This document shows, piece after piece, positions 55,651 through 64,000 of a stretch of DNA of 64,000 bases (position 1 is its first letter; each line of letters begins with the position of its first letter). The notes under the pieces were generated by a model, which made no database searches, had not been told where the DNA came from, and was given only the letters and a program-made list of their open reading frames with translations. The DNA is from Octopus vulgaris (lineage: Eukaryota), in NCBI GenBank assembly GCA_951406725.2, contig OX597817.1, positions 33,666,001 to 33,730,000 on the forward strand. Reading direction: 5' to 3'. The translations under genes and the position numbers were made by a program.

Positions 55651-57192
55651 GTTTATTTTTTTTTTATTATACAAATTATATTGGTCAGAATTTTTCGTAA
55701 TTCTTTATCTTTTTGTAAACTATCTGGCCATGTATAGTAGGAAGAAAGGGGGCGAGAGAGAAATAGAAAGGTGCAGAGAGAGTTAACATAAAAGATGCAC
55801 GATAAATGCGCATACTAGGCTTGATGGAAGACAATGAGTAAGGGAATGCAAGGAGAAGGGAAAGGACTGATTAGGCAAGCTTGAGCAGAATATATTACCT
55901 TGATGAGGTTAAATATACTGGAATGTATCCATAGAAGTTTCTTGACTGGAAATGGAGATTAAAATTCCCCCTTATGTATTTAAAACAATTAATTCTTATT
56001 TTTTGAAAATTATTTCCGCTCTTCTTTAAAAGAACAACTGTTTGGTTTTAAATTTCTTTCTTCAGCTGAAAGGGAAAATTTCAATTAATTAATAATTTTG
56101 CATATGGTATTCGGAACATCAGCCTTAACTAGTCTATACTAATCTATAGCATATGCCAATTTGAACCATTTCCCTTTGCCGACAAGCTCAAATACACACA
56201 CATATACTGATAAGAATAAGGATTCAAAGAATGAAACAGAGTTCACAGTAAGCTCTCCGTCTGGTGTCCGGCTATCAAGAAAGACCGTGGTTAAGGGTAG
56301 GATGTGCGTGTGTGCGCTCGTGTATATATCTATATCTAAATTGTGAAGCATGACTGTCACCACTACTACATCAGTATCTGCCCTGAAGATTGCAGAATTT
56401 AATGCATGAAAGTACTAGTTCAATCAGAATGAACATTTAACATTCTATTATTTTATTTTATTATATTATATTATATTATATCATTATAAGATTGTAAATA
56501 AAACGTGAAAATCAGACAAGGTTGGAATTCCTTCTATATATATATATACATATAAAACCCTTTCTATCTCTGTCTGTTTCCAATGCATTCTCAAACAGCT
56601 CAGCCAAATCATATCAAATTTTGCATGGTAATACTATGAGACACCGTGAGTGTCAGCATGTAATTCTTTTTGATTAAAACAATACAACATTGGCGCTGGT
56701 TCCGTATTGCGTCTCAAAACACGAAGAATAAAAATGAAACCTTCAACAGAGTAAGTTATTAGTAGTTTCGATTTTATATTGTTTCATTTTTAATGGTTTC
56801 ACTTTAACTACCAGTTAAATACTTTTCTACTGACCATTTTCCTACGCACATGTGAAGGGAGACACACAATGGACAGCCACTCCTACCAAAAATTCTTACT
56901 ATAAATTCTTCCTACAATATTAAACGACACAGAGTCCACTCACACACACACACATATAAACAGCCAAAACCACACACACACATACGCACATAACGTGCTA
57001 TTATTACACACACACAGACCTGCGCGTACACACATACCCATACATACACACACATACCTCCTTCTCTTGCACACTCCTGTCTTAGAAAGTACTTTTTCTT
57101 CCCCATTCCCTTCTGGTCATTTCAAAATATAACCACATATGTATCGTTGGCGATTTCCTTCCTCTGTCTTCTCTTCGTTTGGACTTTCCCCT

Positions 57193-57227
57193 ATTTCTGA
57201 AGAAGAGCTTTGCTCGAAACATAAAAT
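57193..57227 (+). ncRNA. Ultra-minimal hammerhead-like motif (stem III essentially absent)
   Basis: ATTT-CTGAAGA-a-GAGC-ttt-GCTC-GAAA-ca-TA-AAAT; homologous degenerate copies at ~49101-49134 and ~39915-39945, all upstream of (TA)n. Confidence 0.55.
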
Positions 57228-57814
57228 CCTCTTTCTTTCCTTTCCTGAGCGTCTGATAATGCAGTACTTGTACCACATCCTCTAGTTGTTGTTTTTTCAT
57301 GTTTGTTCTTCTTTGTTTGGATTCACTATATATATATACGGGGTCGATAAATTAAGTACCAGTGAAACACTGAGGTCGATGTAATCAACTAGCCCCCTCC
57401 CCCAAAATTTCAGGCTTTGTGCTTTTAGAAGAAAGGATGATTAACGGAAAAGTTGGTGATAAAACCCTATAAAACGTCGACAAAAATATCAGTGAGATGC
57501 ATCACTTTATTTTCTGAATTCAAATCTCATCAGGATTACCATTGCCATCCAACTCTTTGTGGAGCGATAAAATAGTATAGCTGAGCGCAGGGGTTGATTA
57601 GATTGACTGAAATAGTCTTAGAAATTATTATTATTATTATTACAGGTACAGTCGCTCACTGACTTACGTTGTTGAATTCGCATATACCACCATTTCTAAC
57701 ATCTGATATTTCTGCCCTCACTTAACCGTTATACAACTGCAGTTAAGCTACAATTAGATTGTTTTCTTCGCTCTCTTTATCACTAACCGTCAGTCAGTCA
57801 GCCTGTCTGTCTCT

Positions 57815-57853
<39 letters not shown>

Positions 57854-57905
57854 GCGCGCGCGCGGAGGAACACAGAAAACAGTCTAATATACTTTTATTA
57901 TAATT

Positions 57906-58085
57906 GGGAGAGGGGACTAGTCGATTTCATCAGGCCTAGTGTTTCACTAGTCCTTAATTTATGTACCAAGAAAGGATGAAGGGCTAAATCGACTTTGGCG
58001 GAAGTTGAACTCAGAACATAAAGACGGACGAAATCCCGCCGAGCATTTTGTCCGGTTAACTAACGATTCTACCAGCTCGCCGCCT
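57906..58085 (-). mobile_element. SINE family B, diverged
   Basis: Reverse-complement head ccagctcgccgcc at ~58072-58084. Confidence 0.8.
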
Positions 58086-58308
58086 TTACGTTTCCGTTAA
58101 TAATAGCATTAATTTTATCTAATAACATTAATTTTATCATTAAAAAAAAGTGGGGAGCAGACATTAGGAGTATTGAGAGTATTGTGAGATATTTATCGTC
58201 CAATACAAAGACGAAATTGAGAAGTGGGTCCATTTGTGACCGAGAGCAGAAACTACATAAATCAAAGAAACGCCACGATAATTCGAAGTGGTATGTATAA
58301 ACTAAATT

Positions 58309-58540
58309 AGGGCGGCGAGCTGGCAGAATCATTAGCACGCCGGGTGACATGCTTAGCAGTATTTCGTCTGCCGCTACGTTCTGAGTTCAAATTCCGCCGA
58401 GGTCGACTTTACCTATCATCCTTTCGGGGTCGATTGAATAAGTACCAGTTACGCACTGGGTCGATCTAATCGACTTAATCTGTTTGTCTGTCCTTGTTTG
58501 TCCTCTCTGTGTTTAGCCCCTTGTGGGTAGTAAAGAAATA
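58309..58540 (+). mobile_element. SINE family B monomer with TSD
   Basis: 19-bp TSD ggtatgtataaactaaatt at 58290-58308 and 58541-58559. Confidence 0.9.
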
Positions 58541-59479
58541 GGTATGTATAAACTAAATTCTGTGTTCTTCCGTGGGTGTGTGGGTGGGTGTGCTAGAGAC
58601 AGACAGGCTGACTGACTGACGATTAGTGATAAAGAGAGCGAGGAAAGCAGTCTAATATACTTTTATTATAATTTACGAAAGTGATCGGTTGAAATATCGA
58701 AATAGTTAAGCACTGTAATGTCTACTTTAAGATGTCTCACTGCAAAAGAGGATCTAAACTGGTACGAACTGTAACTGCTGCCAGGCAACATGATGTCCTC
58801 TATAAAGCCCGCCTACCTGCTTTGTTTTTTTTTTAATTCACAGAATTAATTCACATTAAGGAAATGGACCATGATCAAAATAACATCACTTCTAAACGAT
58901 TCCAGTTTATTTTCTATGCTGGTTTGATAGAATCGCTAGTGAGACGGTATTTAGTGACGAACATTCTAAGTTTGTTGGACAATCACATCCCGCCGAGTTC
59001 AACTTTAAATTTACATCTTCCCGGCGCAAATAAATTGGAAGTACTAGTCTAGTTCTGGGTTTTTACTGTATCCGTCTTGTGAGTGGAATTATACTACAAG
59101 AATGGAAGGTTCCACGAACTATTGGGAAACTTTGTGAAATGTAAGTTTTATGAACGCTTAGTTTGAAGAAATCTCGTAAAAAATATTCAGTTTAACGCTT
59201 CATTATTTCACCCCTGGTTTCTTATTTTCATGGCCGAAAATATACACATCTTGCTTTAAATATAAACACTAATCTGCCAATGAAACATTTTGCTCTCCAA
59301 TAAAATTTCGACACGCCACGTCAATAAATGGAAACTACTGAATGAAACTAAATGAAACTACCCTATATATAATATAGAAATAATGATTGTATAGTGTTTG
59401 TTATAGATCAATCACTCTTGAATGCAATGTGTAAATCGTGTTTTGGCTTTATTTCTCCACAACTTAATACCATTCATAC

Positions 59480-59522
<43 letters not shown>

Positions 59523-60184
59523 ATTAATCAATATAGGGTAGCAAAAAATTCAATAGAAATTTGAATGGGTCGAATGGCCTATTAAGGCCATTCCTCAATT
59601 GTTGTTGAATTTATATATATATATATATATAGATGTCTTAATCCACACGAAATGTACTTCATACGCGTGCGCGCACACACACTCTCTCTTTCTCTCCCTC
59701 CCTCTCTCTGTCTCTCCCCCTCTCTCTCTCTCTCCTTTTTCTTTTCCTCTTTACTATTCCAAACAAACCGAAATATATTCAATAAATATTGTATGATACA
59801 GAGAGTGAGAAAATTCCTAATACACTGATATTTATTTACAATCCATATTTATCCCACAAAGGCACACACACATTCGCACACACTCTCCCTCTTTCTCTCT
59901 CTCTCTCTCTCCCTCTCACACACACACACATGCGTACATACATACATACATAATACATACATACATACATACATACATACATACATACATACATACATAC
60001 ATACATACATACGTGTGGTGTGCTATTTTTCTGTCCCCCACCCCCTTTACTTCTACAGATCACTGAGCAACAGAGACTTTGAAAATATCTTCCAGTCAGA
60101 ACATTAATGTTGTACCGAAACACAATCTCTCTCTCCCCCTCTCTCTCTCTTTCCCTCTCTCCCTCTCTCTCACTCTCTCTCCCT

Positions 60185-60545
60185 GTCTCTAGAGGCATCG
60201 TCATGCGTAGAGCTGACCAGATCCACAAGTGCCCTCCCCCATCGCTGGCGGTTTCGATCCTGCCCCTCTGCATACCCCAAGATATCGTCGAGCCTCTGTA
60301 GATCTTGCTCAATCACGTCCAGCCATCTGGCGCAGAGTCTGCCGCTGGGTCTGCCACGGGGTCTACCACAGGGCCTCTTCCAGCCTGCAGCTGATACATC
60401 GAACAAGAGTAAGACCCTGGTAAAATGATCTGGCAGTAGGCGGAGAACATTTCCGTACCAGCGCATGCAACTGATGGCTATAAGACAGGAAGCTGCTGGC
60501 TGGAGCGTGCACGCATGCAGCTCTTCGCTGGAAATATCAAATGAA
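60185..60545 (-). pseudogene. RTE-clade LINE 3' end
   Basis: RWYGNVLRL...KRPCGRPRGRP...RWLDVIEQDL...DRNRQRWGRALV is the typical RTE ORF C-terminus; ends in a (GA)n-type tract. Confidence 0.82.
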
Positions 60546-61113
60546 CACCTTTTCAATACTTTTTTTTGAGAACACCATCCAATTAAACCTCTATACTCTT
60601 TATAATTTGTAGTGTTAATATTAGATGACTACGCATCTAGAACAAACCACAAATTAGATCCTCAGAGCTAGACTTTTTTCAAAATAGGAAAAACTTTAGC
60701 TGTTGTGAATCTTGGTAGAGTATTTCGATCTTGCTTCCCTGCATCCCCCAAGATCTTGGTAGAGCAGCTCCCACAAAAACTAACATTCTTGGCAGCATCG
60801 GTCTCACCCCACTCCGCCTCACAAAAGAGGTCATCTAACTGATTGTCAAACACCCATTCACCAACACACTACAACTTCTAGCACACAGTTCTATAGTTTC
60901 TTGTGTTTTCGTCTTTTACAGTTCCTACAATAGGTCTTGCTTCTTCAAATAAGTCAGCCGTGTACCTCCTCTTTCTCTTTTGATTGCTCTAAGCACTTAC
61001 CTTACTTCCTCTTGTTATCCCTGCTGTGTCGTACTCTCACTCTGACAATCGTTTATAGGAATGTAATCCCCTGAAATTCACTCCTGTCCAACGTTTTCTC
61101 TGCTGACAGTAAT

Positions 61114-61510
61114 CTTTTCTACTCTCGGCACAAGGCCCGAAATGTTGGGGGAGGGGGCCAGTCGATTAGATCGACCTCAGCACGCAACTGGTACTTAGTT
61201 TATCGACCCAGAAAGGATGAAAGGCAATGTCGACCTCGGCGGAATTTGAACTCAGAACGTAACGGCAGACGAAATACCTATTTCTTTACTACCCACAAGA
61301 GGCTAAACACAGAGAGGACAAACAAGGACAGACAAACGGATTAAGTCGATTATATCGACCCCAGTGCGTAACTGGTACTTATTTAATCGACCCCGAAAGG
61401 ATGAAAAGCAAAGTTGACCTCGGTGGAATTTGAACTCAGAACGTAACGGCAGACGAAATACGGCTACGTATTTCGCCCGGCGTGCTAACGATTCTGCCAG
61501 CTCGCCGCCT
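61114..61510 (-). mobile_element. SINE family B dimer with TSD
   Basis: Flanking direct repeat ttctctgct(g/a)acagtaatct; unit junction at ~61277. Confidence 0.9.
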
Positions 61511-61764
61511 TTCTCTGCTAACAGTAATCTACTGAACATAAACCACGAGATGACCTCACCATTTTGCATGAACTTGGAGAAGTTATGGGGACCGCCTCTC
61601 ATATCTAAGTTACATAATTAAAGCAACTTTTCCTTTGTTATGTTCTCACACGTCACAAACCTCCCGTTTATCCACACCATCCATCTGTTCTAGAAGAGCT
61701 ACGTGTGCTTCTAGAAACGATAAATGGAAGTATAAAAATTAGTGGAATTTACGTACGATCCATC

Positions 61765-62031
61765 TTTTAGTTGTTTCATTCATTGGACAGTAACGATACT
61801 GGGGCACCGTCTTGACGTGTTTAGTTGAACATATCGTACTTATTTTTTACAGCCTGATACTTAATCTAATGGTCACTTTGCCGAACCGCTAGCTAACGGG
61901 GACGCAAACAAACTAACAGCGGTGTGGGGATAAACGCAAGCACACACATATATGTGTTATGCGTGCCTCTGTGTGTGCGTGCGGGTGTATGTGTGTGCGT
62001 GCGTGTTTGTTTGTTTGTTTGTTTGTTTGTT

Positions 62032-62103
<72 letters not shown>

Positions 62104-62430
62104 CGTTTGTTCCTACACCACCGTTGGTTTGCTTGCGTTCCCGTAACTTAGCCGTTCGGCAATAATGACCGTCAGAATAAGCATCAGTCCTAAAAAATAA
62201 GAACTGAGGTTGATTTGTTCGACTAAATCCGTCAAGGTCAGCATGGCCACAATCCAACGCCCGAAACAAGTAAAAGATGGATTAGGATGGACTCCCACAT
62301 TGTTTCCGTCAACCCAATTCTTCACACAGCATTGATCAGCCCGGGGCTGTAATAGAAGACACATGACTAAGATGCCGTGCAGCGGGACCGAACCCGAAAC
62401 TACATGTTTACAAAGCAATCTTCTTAATCA
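61765..62430. mobile_element. Rearranged SINE family A fragments in both orientations around (GT)n
   Basis: Tail on - (~61765-61940), tail on + (~62100-62278), head on - (~62300-62430). Confidence 0.7.
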
Positions 62431-63060
62431 GACACCCATTGTAAATTCCATATAAAAACATAATAAATGTTCCCTATCTCATTTTTATTATTGATGTATG
62501 TGGCCTTGTGCCAAAATTTGAAACCGTCATTGATGTACAAAATTACAATGGCGTATACAGTCACAAAATATATAAATCAAAGATAATTTTTGTTTATGCG
62601 ATTATTTTCTAGTGTGTACCGTCCGGTGGACAATGCTTGACCACAAGTCAATGTTGTGAAATGTCCGAAGTTTGCGCTCTCGGTTATGATTCCTTCAACA
62701 AAGGTAAGTCATTGTTTTGCAAATTTTGTTGTGATTTCTTTTACCTTATTCTTTTTAAAAAACAAAATTTACTAAATTCGGATCTTTGTGGTTATCGTCA
62801 CTGCATGTCGAAATTTTAAAAAATATATATAATGTATCATATAAATGTAATTTTTGACGCTAAATCCGAATTTGTTATTCATTTTTTCCAGAAAAAAAAT
62901 TGTGAAAACGGTACAGGTGTCAAAGTTTGATAATGATAGTCAGAATTTTCAGCCAAACAGAAACCAGCGCGTCTGCCGTCTCTTCCATCATCTGTCACAG
63001 TAGCGAGAAAGCGGTGGGGGGGGGGGTGCAACGGCATATCAAAACATTCAAGTAGTTCCA

Positions 63061-63392
63061 GTAAACAGTGGGAAACATTAAAAGATTCACGAACAAATTA
63101 AATATGAAAAGCTACGAGCAAACCAGCAGGAGTTACTAGAAATAACTGTCAAAACATTAAAATATACACGAGCAAAGTAAACAGTGAAAAACATTAAAAC
63201 ATTCGCGAGCAAATTAAATATTTAAAAGCTACGAGCAAACCAGCAGGAGTTGCTAGAAATAACTGTCAAAACATTAAAATATACACGAGCAAAGTAAACA
63301 GTGAAAAACATTAAAACATTCGCGAGCAAATTAAATATTTAAAAGCTACGAGCAAACCAACAGGAGTTGCTAGAAATAACTGTCAAAACATT
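63061..63392. repeat. 117-bp tandem repeat (~2.8 units) downstream of the Merlin ORF
   Basis: gctacgagcaaacc recurs at 63111, 63228 and 63345. Confidence 0.92.
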
Positions 63393-63424
63393 GCTTAAAA
63401 CAGACATTTACTAGTTTAAAAAAT

Positions 63425-63680
63425 TCAAGAGCGAAAGTTTGCAATACACTCTAGGATTTTATAAAATAAATTATCATTCTCATATCTCCTTTTCCACATA
63501 AATTCACAAAGATAAGAGTCAACCATGGAACGGTATGTCCGACACCGATGTTTGTTTCCACGCTTTAAAGACGCCCAGGTACTCTCAATTTGTTGAGTGT
63601 GAGTCCCATCTTTTGAGTTTATAAATCCAATGCTATGGTTCACAGTTCTATGTTTGAAATCAAAGCCCACAATTTCTGGG
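63425..63680 (-). pseudogene. Merlin (IS1016/IS1595-like DDE) transposase C-terminal fragment
   Basis: HRTVNHS..FI...GTHTQQIESTWASLK...DSYLCEFMWKRR......FYKILECIA motifs; N-terminus not recognisable. Confidence 0.85.
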
Positions 63681-64000
63681 ATATGCTCATCACAGGTCAC
63701 TGGAGATAGTAGTTCCTGGAAGAACTGAGTGTAGTATGCAGGCCTTGTTTACACTCTTTGTGTGCATGCGCAGCATCTTTGGTCACTATGGAAACAGAGT
63801 TCTTCACAACCAGCTATGGAACACGTGGTGCTTCTTTGCTTAGAATGCTAACAGAACTTCACGGTGATATGTAAAATACTCGCTTCTGAATGGCTAAAAT
63901 ACCCAAATTTTGCAAAGTTTAAAAGCTAATAACTTTTTAATTATAAATTTATTGAGAAAATGAATTTCATTTTCATGATTAGTATACAAAGCTTAATCTA

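Noticed and set aside
58844-59052. Acceptor-like site at 58843 followed by a 62-aa ORF
   Set aside because: Phase incompatible with exon 1 (immediate stop in phase 0) and the ORF runs into a degenerate SINE B

Overview
AT-rich, repeat-dominated eukaryotic genomic DNA with a 100-N scaffold gap at 4167-4266. The tRNA-derived SINE families resemble those I know from octopods, so this is probably Octopus (inference). Nearly all ORFs in the track are microsatellite or SINE artefacts. Supportable content: at least five interspersed SINE-like families (many with target-site duplications, one forming ~185-bp tandem arrays); LINE relics (CR1/L2/Jockey-like, L1/Tx1, Dong/R4 with restriction-like endonuclease, RTE); mariner, Merlin and non-autonomous Helitron elements; a 28S rRNA fragment; and one likely host first coding exon (CCAAT + TATA + signal-peptide ORF + GTAAGT donor) at ~28.5-29.1 kb. 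Most notable: several sequence-distinct minimal type-I hammerhead ribozyme motifs, each upstream of a (TA)n array (Penelope-like/retrozyme-like ends), and a 463-bp inverted SINE-array pair with no differences seen by eye, ~11.5 kb apart, bracketing that exon. All alignments and folds were done by eye; element boundaries are approximate unless a TSD or terminus is given.
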